26,076 nt of DNA from a virus. Lineage: Duplodnaviria > Caudoviricetes. The translations under genes and the position numbers were made by a program. The stretch lies in the IMG/VR virus record IMGVR_UViG_3300025635_000139, positions 1 through 26,076 of that record. One strand, written 5' to 3'. This document shows positions 1-8,901 of this stretch, in pieces. Under the pieces are notes generated by a model, which was given only the letters and a program-made list of their open reading frames with translations, had not been told where the DNA came from and ran no database searches. Position 1 is the stretch's first letter. Each line of letters opens with the position of its first letter.

Positions 1-227
1 GCATCAGATGAAGTATTAGCTAATAATAAATCTGATGGTTTTTTTTCTACAAGTATATAATTTGGATTTGTTACGAAAATAGATGACTGATTTGCCCCAG
101 ATGAATTAGCAATAGTTATTATAGCGTGCTGATTATGTGTTGTAATATATACTAATGTAGCATTACTGACAGTATTACCAGTTGTGCCTAAATAAATTGC
201 ATTTGATAATGGTTTTATTATATTCAC
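1..227 (-). CDS. Small hypothetical virion-module protein, 3'-truncated by the window edge (not in ORF track)
   Basis: Manual translation from GTG at 227: MNIIKPLSNAIYLGTTGNTVSNATLVYITTHNQHAIITIANSSGANQSSIFVTNPNYILVEKKPSDLLLANTSSD..., open to base 1, starting 14 nt after the previous stop. Resembles small ORFs seen between portal/gp67 and prohead protease in T4-like phages (recall). Confidence 0.7.
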   Translation of the reverse strand, partial: MNIIKPLSNAIYLGTTGNTVSNATLVYITTHNQHAIITIANSSGANQSSIFVTNPNYILVEKKPSDLLLANTSSD

Positions 228-241
228 AGTATTATTCTTTA

Positions 242-901
242 TTAACTATTGACATGGGCATCTTCGCCTCTATTATAAGAAGCAGGCATTTGTTGTCTAT
301 TTGTGCGTTCAGGAATTGAGGTATCTCTAAATGGCAATCCATTTTCATTTTTAACAGGGTAATCAATTACATTAATAGTATGTTTATCCTCAAATTCCTG
401 TTCATCCCCAGATTTTGGTAAATAACCACCTTTAAACATATCACTTGCTACTCTTGGACGCATGGCATCTAATTTAGAAGAAACTTTAGCTGCTAATATG
501 TTATTGACAGAATTAACGAAATCTGTTGCATTTCTAGCCTGCGAAAAATTAATTAAATTTTTACTTTCATTGATAGTATTTCCATTATATTCTTCACCTA
601 GGCCGCGAAGATTTCCATCATGAGGACCACCTTCATTATGTGATAAATAATGGCTTTTGCCACTTTTATCTTTTTTTATTTCGCCATTAACATAAGATTT
701 TGCTTGATCTAAAGTTTCATGTGGTCTAATATTTTCCCATACGGAACTACCAAAACGTGGATGATTTACCGTTCTACCCTGAACCATAAATCCATGTTTA
801 AAACTACCATCTTCTTGTTTAATTGAATTTGGGACATATCTTATACGATATTCCTCTCTATGGGATTCATCTTTACTTTCATTGATTATTGTCATTTTCA
901 T
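242..901 (-). CDS. gp67-like prohead core protein with N- and C-terminal extensions (true start probably ATG at 895)
   Basis: Directly downstream of portal, as for T4 gene 67. Central segment LINFSQARNATDFVNSVNNILAAKVSSKLDAMRPRVASDMF resembles the gp67 helical core. The TAAGGA Shine-Dalgarno almost abuts the first ATG and is better spaced for the second. Confidence 0.55.
   Translation of the reverse strand: MKMTIINESKDESHREEYRIRYVPNSIKQEDGSFKHGFMVQGRTVNHPRFGSSVWENIRPHETLDQAKSYVNGEIKKDKSGKSHYLSHNEGGPHDGNLRGLGEEYNGNTINESKNLINFSQARNATDFVNSVNNILAAKVSSKLDAMRPRVASDMFKGGYLPKSGDEQEFEDKHTINVIDYPVKNENGLPFRDTSIPERTNRQQMPASYNRGEDAHVNS
560..886. repeat. Exact 15-bp direct repeat TTTACTTTCATTGAT at 560-574 and 872-886 (encodes INESK on minus strand)
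   Basis: Read directly; the copies are 312 nt (104 codons) apart and in the same frame. Confidence 0.9.
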
Positions 902-930
902 TTCCTTATGTCTAAATAATTTATGCTTTA

Positions 931-941
931 TTTTATTTAGT
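931..941 (-). promoter_or_regulatory. Putative T4-type late promoter (ACTAAATAAAA) upstream of the gp67-like gene
   Basis: Variant of the gp55-dependent TATAAATA consensus about 30 nt upstream of the start; the same 11-mer lies upstream of gp18. Confidence 0.55.
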
Positions 942-2573
942 GTTATTAGATTTTGGTTTAGGTGCCGGCGTCGCGGCTTCTGGATCAGGGGACATTTGTG
1001 CCTGTTGTAATTGAATTTTCAACTGAGACTGTGCCTGCATTTCCCCAATAGTAATATCTCTTTCAGCTTGCTGGAATTGTCTAGCATCTTCTTTCTGCTT
1101 ATCAATTTCAGCATTAGCATCCATTTGAGCAATTTCTTCATTGGTCTGTTTTAGAATTGTTTTTCTAATATAACTTTCATCATAATATTTGCCGATATAA
1201 ACTTCGGCAATACTAGCTAGATTAAGTCTTTCTTTCATAATTTGAGTTTGTTTTAATTCAGCAAAATAGTTATCTACAGTAAATGAGAATTTCAATTCTT
1301 CTTTGAGGAATTTCCAGTCATTACTATTAATAATTTTTTTGAGAATTAATTGTTTTTCTAGAAAGCTAAGAAATAAGCCCTGAAATCTAGTTCTCATTCT
1401 CTGTATCATTTTATAGAATTTAACTTCATCTCTACTGATACTATCAGTTTGTCCAAATACAAATGGGGAATCTGAGTTTAATCTATTAGTAGGAATATTT
1501 AATGAATTATATAATGCTTCCTTGAAATAAGTAATATCAGAAATATCACCTAAATTAGATGCGCCAGGAAGTGTAGAAATTTCTGTTCCTCTCCCGCCTT
1601 CCCTGCGAGGAATCCAATAGTCTTCAAGCATAGTAGCAAATTTACGTTCGTCCCTAACTTCGCCAGTAGATGCGTCATATACTAATTTATTCTTATGTTT
1701 TACCATCATGTCCCGAACATGTTGTTCAGCTTTTGCTTTTGGTAAATTTCCAATGTCAATGTAGAAAATACGTCTTTCTGGGGCACGGGAGATTCTATAA
1801 ATTAATGCAGAATCTTCTACCGCTCTAAGCATATTCATTGGACGAATTGCTTTATGAAGATATGACAATACCATCTGATTAGTTTTATCAGTTAATCCAG
1901 ACGTGCAAAATACGATGGAATCTTTGGCAATTTTTAAACTATATTGAGCGTTAAAATCTTTACCTGATGCATTAGACTTATTTGAGAATAGAAAATATTC
2001 AGTAACTTTCTGTTTTGGAATATCACCATTATTAGATTGTTGAACAAAATTTTCCCCTTTAAGAGTTCTAACTTCTCTAATTTTTCTAATGTTTCTTGGA
2101 TCAATATTTCTTAATTCTTTAATACCACGACTAAGATTTTTTTCATCTACGATTGCATGATAATACAATCTGCCATCAATATACCATTGTCTAAAAATTT
2201 CATATGCTCTGTTATTAAAATTTAATAATTGAAGACAATATTCAAATTCTCTTTTAATGGAATATTTTAATTGATCAGGAATGTTGATTAAATCCATATT
2301 TAATTCGACAATTCTACCAGTATCATCATCAACTGAAATAGCTTCATTAGTTATTTCATCAACGGCAGTCTCTACTTCCGCCTGTAGGGCCATATCTCTA
2401 TATCTAGTGATAAGGTCTGCCTCAGTCTTACTAGCGCCTTCTAGATCAACGTAGCTGCTAGTAAATCCACCAACAGCAATATTTACTCCACCATCGTCAG
2501 ATATTGGTGGAGTAAATGATTGATTTTCTTCTTCTTTAGGAACTCTTTTTAATTCAATACCAAATAATTTCAT
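933..2573 (-). CDS. g20: Portal vertex protein (T4 gp20 family)
   Basis: Motifs FRQWYIDGRLYYH, LRNIDPRNIRKIRE, SYLHKAIRPMNMLRAVEDSALIYRISRAPERRIFYIDIGNLPKAKAEQ, MLEDYWIPRREGGRGTEISTLPG; synteny after gp19. Confidence 0.98.
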   Translation of the reverse strand: MKLFGIELKRVPKEEENQSFTPPISDDGGVNIAVGGFTSSYVDLEGASKTEADLITRYRDMALQAEVETAVDEITNEAISVDDDTGRIVELNMDLINIPDQLKYSIKREFEYCLQLLNFNNRAYEIFRQWYIDGRLYYHAIVDEKNLSRGIKELRNIDPRNIRKIREVRTLKGENFVQQSNNGDIPKQKVTEYFLFSNKSNASGKDFNAQYSLKIAKDSIVFCTSGLTDKTNQMVLSYLHKAIRPMNMLRAVEDSALIYRISRAPERRIFYIDIGNLPKAKAEQHVRDMMVKHKNKLVYDASTGEVRDERKFATMLEDYWIPRREGGRGTEISTLPGASNLGDISDITYFKEALYNSLNIPTNRLNSDSPFVFGQTDSISRDEVKFYKMIQRMRTRFQGLFLSFLEKQLILKKIINSNDWKFLKEELKFSFTVDNYFAELKQTQIMKERLNLASIAEVYIGKYYDESYIRKTILKQTNEEIAQMDANAEIDKQKEDARQFQQAERDITIGEMQAQSQLKIQLQQAQMSPDPEAATPAPKPKSNNTK

Positions 2574-2620
2574 AAATCATATCCTAATATTATAATAATT
2601 ATATATTAGAGTATATTAAA

Positions 2621-3181
2621 TTATTGATCAAATCCCTGATCTAATAACCAATAATCATATGCAAATGTTACGGGGAATTCTTCAATTGTATTTTGATTGT
2701 CCCATGAAAGGTCAATTGCACCAATTTGAATTGGAAATGCCCCAATCATTCTATATGTTCTTAATGGTAATCCATTTTGACTTAATTGAGTAACTGTGAC
2801 ATCTTGTTTATAATTTAATATTTGGGTCATAGCAGGATCACGAATATTAGAAACAGGTAAATTTAAGTCAAAATGCCATTCTTCAAAGGCACCTCTTACA
2901 TCAAAAGTTTCACTATTAATAATTGAAATTGCCCAATTATTATATGTTCTATCCCCAGCTAACTTAACTTTTCTCCCAAAAAATCCAACATCAATATTAC
3001 TAATAATACTTTCTGGAATTGACGCCGCCTTGGCCATATAAGACACTGCTGTTAAATTATCTTTACCGGCGGCAGAAGAAGAACTATTTGGGAAGTTACA
3101 AGTAACATAAAATAATGTTGGTCTTGCTCCACCATTAACTAATCTTGTTTTAAATTCTTCAATATTTGAAATCGTAGCCAT
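2621..3181 (-). CDS. g19: Tail tube protein (T4 gp19 family)
   Basis: GGARPTLFYV, FFGRKVKLAGDRTYNNW, GAFPIQIGAIDLSWD...IEEFPVTFAYDYW; lies between sheath and portal; AAGGAG RBS. Confidence 0.96.
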   Translation of the reverse strand: MATISNIEEFKTRLVNGGARPTLFYVTCNFPNSSSSAAGKDNLTAVSYMAKAASIPESIISNIDVGFFGRKVKLAGDRTYNNWAISIINSETFDVRGAFEEWHFDLNLPVSNIRDPAMTQILNYKQDVTVTQLSQNGLPLRTYRMIGAFPIQIGAIDLSWDNQNTIEEFPVTFAYDYWLLDQGFDQ

Positions 3182-3211
3182 TATATTTTATCTCCTTAAA
3201 AAATTTTAATA

Positions 3212-3242
3212 ATAAGTAGTAGTTTTAATTACTACTACTTAT
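3212..3242. terminator. Perfect 12-bp stem-loop at the gp18/gp19 junction (terminator or RNA processing/stability hairpin)
   Basis: ATAAGTAGTAGT-tttaatt-ACTACTACTTAT, overlapping the gp18 stop codon; no immediate U-run on the minus strand. Confidence 0.45.
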
Positions 3243-5707
3243 GATGTCATTTGATAGCTTGCAAGGCTATCAGTATTACCAATAATTTCATTAAACTCTG
3301 TTCCCGTTGCAGTAGCTACGAAATTTAACTGAATGAAGTTAATTGATCTAGCAGGTTTAATATAGATATCAGCAATAAATCCATTTGTATCAATAACATC
3401 AGGAGTATTATTAGTTGTATCACAAATTAATCTATAATCATAAATTCCACGTCTACCTTTAACATCACGTAGAATTGGATCAATTTGTCCTACGAATTGT
3501 GCTCTAGTAAATTCATCATTCATTTCAAATAGTGTGAATTTTGCAACGTCAGAGATTACTCTTTGTAGATAGATGAATAATTGTCTGACGTTAATTCTAT
3601 CAAAAGCAGAATTCATACCATAAGTTGTTTTATCTCCAAATAGAATTGCTTCTTTCCCTCTAAATTGAACATATGGATTAATATTAATTGGATTTGGATA
3701 TATATCATCACGTTCTCGTTGAGAAGGGTTGAATTTAAGTTGACGACAAACTCTAACTTCGCCTCTATTAAACCCAGCAGGAGATAACCATGGACCGGCA
3801 TTAAACGCACTTCTTGCTACTATACCAGCAGTATCCCCATTTAATGGAATATCAATAAAACTATCATTATACCGATTGTAAATAGTTTTATATCCAGAAT
3901 CTAGAACTAAGAAAGATGATTTAGTAACTGCGTTTGCCCATAACGATAATGTTGTAGTAATATTATTAATGTCGGCTGATTTAGTTACATATTCTTTTTT
4001 AGGAGAAGCGAATGCCATACAATCGCGTCGAGTTTCGCATATTTCAGTAGTAATATAATTGATTAAGCCTTCACCATAATCCCCACCATTAGCTTTACCT
4101 TGTATTAGATAATCGACATCAATTTTGTCTTTATCTTTGAATAAATCATATCCCTCCATAAGAGTATTAAGGGCAATATTATCTTCTGTAACAGTATCGG
4201 AACCATTGCCTAGAAAAGCAGTATATGGTAGAGTATCTAAATTAGACATTAAAGTTGGATTTGTAATAGCAATTCCTGATCTATGATTAGCCCACCATAC
4301 ATAACTATTTTGTAAATCATTATTAATATTAATATGATAATTCGCACCATAGGCCGCTTTTTTATTTTGTGGAACAAATTTAAGATCAGCCCTAGTTCCT
4401 TGAGATTTAAAGACAACATTATTATCTTTATCTGCAATTACAGTAAATATTTTATCATTAACGTAATATGTATTAGCCCCTATTCCTCTTTTTAATTGAG
4501 AAGTAGAAGGGTCGGTATCTGATGCAAACGGCGCGCCAGGAAATGCTCTATTAGCAGGATTAGGAGTAAACCGATGAAATTCCCACTGTCTAAGCATAAC
4601 CGCAGCCTGAGTAGTTCCGGCTAATCTGAAATTTTGCCCACTAACTATGATTGTAGATGTTGGACGAGTCCAAGCAGATTCTAGAGTTAATACTACGTTT
4701 GCACCAACAACTTGTTTTGATGCAATCAAATTAAATTGTGCAGGAAATCCATCAGTTTTACCAGTTGCAGATGGTCTAACTTCTAGAGATAACACGTCTC
4801 TATATGCAAACGCGGCGGCTAATACTGCGGCGGCGGCATTAGTAGCAGTAACAACGTTTGCACTTTTACTGCCCTGAACGAACATTACGTTTGCAGAAGC
4901 AGCAGAGAATTTTGGATTTAAATTTTGAACATAAGCATTAGCACTATCACACATGCTTATTCTAAATCCATTTGAAGTATTGCCACTGGTTCTAGCTACC
5001 CATAACACATTGGTATCTGTAGTATACCCATTAGCAGTAATTTTACTTCTCCATTGAGTATCATCAAGAATAGTTCTTCCATCAGCATTAGTTGTAGTGT
5101 AATTAGTAATACTGAAAGATTCTTGATTAGACACGGAAACTGGTCTATATGTTAGATTAACAGTTAATGTAGAAGCTGAATTAGATTGATTATTGGCTGT
5201 AATATTCATAAATCCTTCTGCGCTGATTGGAAAATCAGAAGAAGAATAAATGCCATTATTTACTAATGATAATGCAGTAATTTCACCATTTGAATTTGTG
5301 GTAACGCTAACGTTAGCCGCAGTATAGGTTGTTCCGCCAATAATGTTAATTATATTTGAATTTGAAAATGTTCCTGACTGAGTATTTAATGTAATAGTAT
5401 CAATTTCGGTTGTAGTTTTAGCATATGCATTGAATGCAGTATTATTAGCCACCCGAACAACATACAATCCCTGTGAATACCCTAAATATTGGGCAGCGGT
5501 GAAAAATGTTTCGTCATTACCACCATCAGGTGTTCCGAAAATTTCAGATAACTCCTTTTCATTTCTAATCATAGTTGGTTCATTGATTGGTCCTTGTGCG
5601 AACACCCCAACGATAGCCCCAAATGGTTTACGTGGCACATTCTGGCCAGTTCGTGTTAAATCAAACTCTCTAACTTCAATTCCAGGGCTTAAAAGATTAA
5701 TTGCCAT
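3239..5707 (-). CDS. g18: Contractile tail sheath protein (T4 gp18 family), enlarged to 822 aa
   Basis: N-terminal LSPGIEVREFDLT, FFTAAQYLGY; C-terminal PWLSPAGFNRG, FGDKT, SAFDRINVRQLFI, FEMNDEFTRAQF, YIKPARSINFIQLNFVATATG. Confidence 0.98.
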   Translation of the reverse strand: MAINLLSPGIEVREFDLTRTGQNVPRKPFGAIVGVFAQGPINEPTMIRNEKELSEIFGTPDGGNDETFFTAAQYLGYSQGLYVVRVANNTAFNAYAKTTTEIDTITLNTQSGTFSNSNIINIIGGTTYTAANVSVTTNSNGEITALSLVNNGIYSSSDFPISAEGFMNITANNQSNSASTLTVNLTYRPVSVSNQESFSITNYTTTNADGRTILDDTQWRSKITANGYTTDTNVLWVARTSGNTSNGFRISMCDSANAYVQNLNPKFSAASANVMFVQGSKSANVVTATNAAAAVLAAAFAYRDVLSLEVRPSATGKTDGFPAQFNLIASKQVVGANVVLTLESAWTRPTSTIIVSGQNFRLAGTTQAAVMLRQWEFHRFTPNPANRAFPGAPFASDTDPSTSQLKRGIGANTYYVNDKIFTVIADKDNNVVFKSQGTRADLKFVPQNKKAAYGANYHININNDLQNSYVWWANHRSGIAITNPTLMSNLDTLPYTAFLGNGSDTVTEDNIALNTLMEGYDLFKDKDKIDVDYLIQGKANGGDYGEGLINYITTEICETRRDCMAFASPKKEYVTKSADINNITTTLSLWANAVTKSSFLVLDSGYKTIYNRYNDSFIDIPLNGDTAGIVARSAFNAGPWLSPAGFNRGEVRVCRQLKFNPSQRERDDIYPNPININPYVQFRGKEAILFGDKTTYGMNSAFDRINVRQLFIYLQRVISDVAKFTLFEMNDEFTRAQFVGQIDPILRDVKGRRGIYDYRLICDTTNNTPDVIDTNGFIADIYIKPARSINFIQLNFVATATGTEFNEIIGNTDSLASYQMTS

Positions 5708-5742
5708 ACATAACTCTCCATTTAAATCTCTATTATTATTAT

Positions 5743-5753
5743 TTTTATTTAGT
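5743..5753 (-). promoter_or_regulatory. Putative T4-type late promoter (ACTAAATAAAA) upstream of gp18
   Basis: In the gp17-gp18 intergenic gap about 35 nt before the ATG, followed by a GGAG RBS; identical to the 931-941 motif. Confidence 0.6.
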
Positions 5754-5774
5754 TAATATGGCATTTTGGTATGA

Positions 5775-7424
5775 TTAGTCGTATCTTAAAAATCTTTCAA
5801 ATTCTGAATAACTTAATTCCCTGACTTCATCAGAATAATCATATTCTTCGGCAGAGGAAATCATAGGCAATAAATCTTCATCTATTAATTGAAAATTCTC
5901 ACTAACTAATCTTTCTCTAACGTTTGTATCAGTCCAGTCTTTAAAATATGGCTGTTGCACTAACCATGCAAATAATACACAACACATTGCTAAATCATCA
6001 TGATGACCTTCTGCCGCCTGATAACTTTCCCCCACTTCAATAAAATTATAAAATTCATCTTTAACCTGTTCATCTACCATTAATAATTTATCATTTTCTA
6101 CTAATGATTTCAAGTTGGTGCAACCAATTCTTTTTACTAATTTAGTTGTTCTTACGCCAACAGCAGGTTTCATTCCAAATCCACTACTCATGGATTGCCC
6201 TGCGCGACCTTTGAATTGGGAGAAAATCATATTTTCATATTCCATTTCTCGATATAAAATATCTGCTACCTGTTGTCCGTTGTCATTTACTTCCACGCAA
6301 ATATATGCATCATTAAATGACTTGGCAAATTGATAAATTATATTAGGAAATAATAATGGAGATATAGTATTATTTTTATATCTACCTACAATTTTATATG
6401 GAATTTCTGTTACATCAAATATTACGAATGCACAATAATCCCCACCAACCCCACGGGCAGTATCCACAATTATAATGTATAATCGTTTTCGATTTTCTTT
6501 TTTAGATGGATCAACATATATTGCCATATCCATATCTTCTTTAATTGGAATTTCTGTGGGAATATTTTGTAATTTTTCCGATGCAATTAATGTATTCTGT
6601 GATCCAAGGAATTCCACTCCATATTCCTGATTGAATTGCATTTGCGATGAATTTCTAATGGTTTCTTGTTGCCATTTTTCATCTCTACCAGGAACCATTG
6701 ACCAATGAACAGATATAGGAACAAATGAATTTTTATTATTTTCGGCATCAATCCAAATTCTATAAAATCTATTCATCCCATTTGGTGTTGATGTAATAAT
6801 CATTTTTGTTTCATCACCAGCAGAAATAGTAGGTAATACTGTGGCAAAGAATTCATTTTGAATATTCTCGGGAACGAATGCAAATTCGTCAAGATACACG
6901 CAATTATACGTCTTTCCTCTAACGCTATTACCTGAAGTTGCAGAAGCCTCTATCTTTGATCCATTTTCTAATATGATATTACCTTTGTTCCATTCAACTA
7001 TGCCCTGTTGTAGCCATTTAGGTAAATGTTCATATGAGAATTGCAATCTACTTAAAATTTCCCTTGCCTGTGAGGATTTATGTGCAAGAACAGCAATAGA
7101 ATAATTCTCATGAAAAAGAATATACCATAATAATACTGCCACAACTGTTTGGGTTTTACCTGACTGTCTAGGAATTTTACATATAGTAAATCTACAATTA
7201 ACGAAAGTATCAACCATTTCCTCCTGGAAATCCCATAAAGTAAATGGTGTTAATCCTTTATTTAAGGTAATAATTTTAATATATTTTTTAATAAAATATT
7301 TTGGATCAACCATGCATTTTTTAAATTCGTCCAGTTGTTTCTTAGTATAATTTACTGGAACATTTACTTTTTTTAATCGTTGATTTCCTAGATAAAATAC
7401 ATTCTTATCAATAATAGTTGTCAT
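5775..7424 (-). CDS. g17: Terminase large subunit (T4 gp17 family)
   Basis: Walker A KIPRQSGKT, Walker B VYLDEFAFV, coupling motif TSTPNG, RNase H-like nuclease VDTARGVGGDY and HDDLAM. Confidence 0.98.
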   Translation of the reverse strand: MTTIIDKNVFYLGNQRLKKVNVPVNYTKKQLDEFKKCMVDPKYFIKKYIKIITLNKGLTPFTLWDFQEEMVDTFVNCRFTICKIPRQSGKTQTVVAVLLWYILFHENYSIAVLAHKSSQAREILSRLQFSYEHLPKWLQQGIVEWNKGNIILENGSKIEASATSGNSVRGKTYNCVYLDEFAFVPENIQNEFFATVLPTISAGDETKMIITSTPNGMNRFYRIWIDAENNKNSFVPISVHWSMVPGRDEKWQQETIRNSSQMQFNQEYGVEFLGSQNTLIASEKLQNIPTEIPIKEDMDMAIYVDPSKKENRKRLYIIIVDTARGVGGDYCAFVIFDVTEIPYKIVGRYKNNTISPLLFPNIIYQFAKSFNDAYICVEVNDNGQQVADILYREMEYENMIFSQFKGRAGQSMSSGFGMKPAVGVRTTKLVKRIGCTNLKSLVENDKLLMVDEQVKDEFYNFIEVGESYQAAEGHHDDLAMCCVLFAWLVQQPYFKDWTDTNVRERLVSENFQLIDEDLLPMISSAEEYDYSDEVRELSYSEFERFLRYD

Positions 7425-7426
7425 TA

Positions 7427-7858
7427 TTATTCCTCAGATTCATCGTCATCATGTTCTATCGTTTTTTGTTGTGGATTAATGGCCTGTAATAAATCCTTAG
7501 TGCTACCAACAAAAATATTGTTATTATTTATTTTACGATTATCATTATTTACATTAGTTGATTTTTCTCTTATATTAATATCAACTAATATTTTATTGGA
7601 ATCAACTAAGGTTCTAATGAGATTAGCCAATACTTCATATGCTCTAGGATGCTCAGATTGCCTTGCCACATCTATAAGATCATCCAGAGAACTAGACCCT
7701 TTCATGATGATGTCTTTAATATTGAATTTTGCCTGTTCAATATCAGCATATTCCTCATTGGCACCAGGAATATTTAATTTTCTAGATAATTGGGTAGGTG
7801 TTATATTTAAAATTCTAGATAATTTATCTTTCTCATTATCTTTCTCATTATCAGACAT
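7427..7858 (-). CDS. g16: Terminase small subunit (gp16, cyanophage/environmental T4-like type)
   Basis: ARQSEHPRAYEVLANLI and NNNIFVGSTKDL motifs; immediately upstream of gp17. Confidence 0.9.
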   Translation of the reverse strand: MSDNEKDNEKDKLSRILNITPTQLSRKLNIPGANEEYADIEQAKFNIKDIIMKGSSSLDDLIDVARQSEHPRAYEVLANLIRTLVDSNKILVDINIREKSTNVNNDNRKINNNNIFVGSTKDLLQAINPQQKTIEHDDDESEE

Positions 7859-7869
7859 TATATTCTCTC

Positions 7870-8901
7870 TTAATCATTATATTCAGATATATCTATGCTT
7901 ATACCATAATCGTCTGTTGATTTAATATATTCAATAGGTATAGACAATTCACTATTAGATGTTGGGGAACCATTAGCAAATAATCCTGGTGTTATAGTAA
8001 TGGTAGAATCTATGGCAGTATTTACTATTACATTAGTAACATCAGCCCGTCTCAGTGAGGTAGATGAAATTATAGTATTAGTAGAATTGAAATTGCCTGA
8101 TACCCCACCAACCTGAACATAAGACTCCGTGGAATATTCAACTACGCCTCTAGCGGTTATTCGTTTACCATTTGTCTGATAAATCCTATCTCCTTGAAGG
8201 AATGCAGGATTAGTATTTGATGTAACATATAAATCTACGAAAGTTCCACCTAATTTAGAAATGTTAACTGTTGTTCTTTTAATAATACCAATATTTCTAA
8301 TTGGTCCACATAACCACCCCTTCATGACGAATTGCATGGTATTAACAATATATCTTGGAGTTTCCATTGATCCCTCATAGCGGTCACTCATAACAACATT
8401 CTGTAATACGACTGGAATATCCATGGCTAAATCTAAATCTGGAATTAATATAATAGATGATGTCCATTCAGGGGCGAAGTATGGTAAAATTTGCTCCACT
8501 ACCTGCAAATTATCCTCAATATTTTTAGAATATACACTTAATGAAAAGGTAATATTATAAGGTATCAATGTATGAACATAATTATATTCATTACTATTAA
8601 TTGGATTTTGAATGACTATTTTCTGTTGATTGTTTAACTTCCGGCCTGCATCATAATTTATAGCCGTTATTTCAAATGAAATTCTAGGAAGAGTTATTGC
8701 TATGGATCGTTCCGCCTTTAAATCTTCTTCCATTCTAGCAATGAATTTTTGTTTTGGTCCATATGCTATGGGAACAGTTATTGATTGAATTAATGACTCA
8801 CCACTATCCCGACGTTCAATGATAATATCATTAAATAGTGATCCAAAATATATTACATATTTTTTTAATAAAGTATGGTAATAATAATTATTTGTTAACA
8901 T
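7870..8901 (-). CDS. g15: Tail terminator / sheath stabiliser (T4 gp15 family) with an inserted C-terminal module
   Basis: YYYHTLLKKYVIYFGSLFNDI, VPIAYGPKQKF, TLPRISFEI, QVVEQILPYFAP; TAATG coupling with gp14. Confidence 0.93.
   Translation of the reverse strand: MLTNNYYYHTLLKKYVIYFGSLFNDIIIERRDSGESLIQSITVPIAYGPKQKFIARMEEDLKAERSIAITLPRISFEITAINYDAGRKLNNQQKIVIQNPINSNEYNYVHTLIPYNITFSLSVYSKNIEDNLQVVEQILPYFAPEWTSSIILIPDLDLAMDIPVVLQNVVMSDRYEGSMETPRYIVNTMQFVMKGWLCGPIRNIGIIKRTTVNISKLGGTFVDLYVTSNTNPAFLQGDRIYQTNGKRITARGVVEYSTESYVQVGGVSGNFNSTNTIISSTSLRRADVTNVIVNTAIDSTITITPGLFANGSPTSNSELSIPIEYIKSTDDYGISIDISEYND

Noticed and set aside
3613-4437. Short alternative-frame minus-strand ORFs inside gp18
   Set aside because: Ile/Leu/Met-rich off-frame translations typical of AT-rich coding DNA; no independent support.
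933-7424. Inteins, introns or homing endonucleases in portal, sheath or terminase
   Set aside because: gp17 and gp20 are of normal length with contiguous motifs; no Hint, LAGLIDADG, HNH or GIY-YIG signatures were seen.
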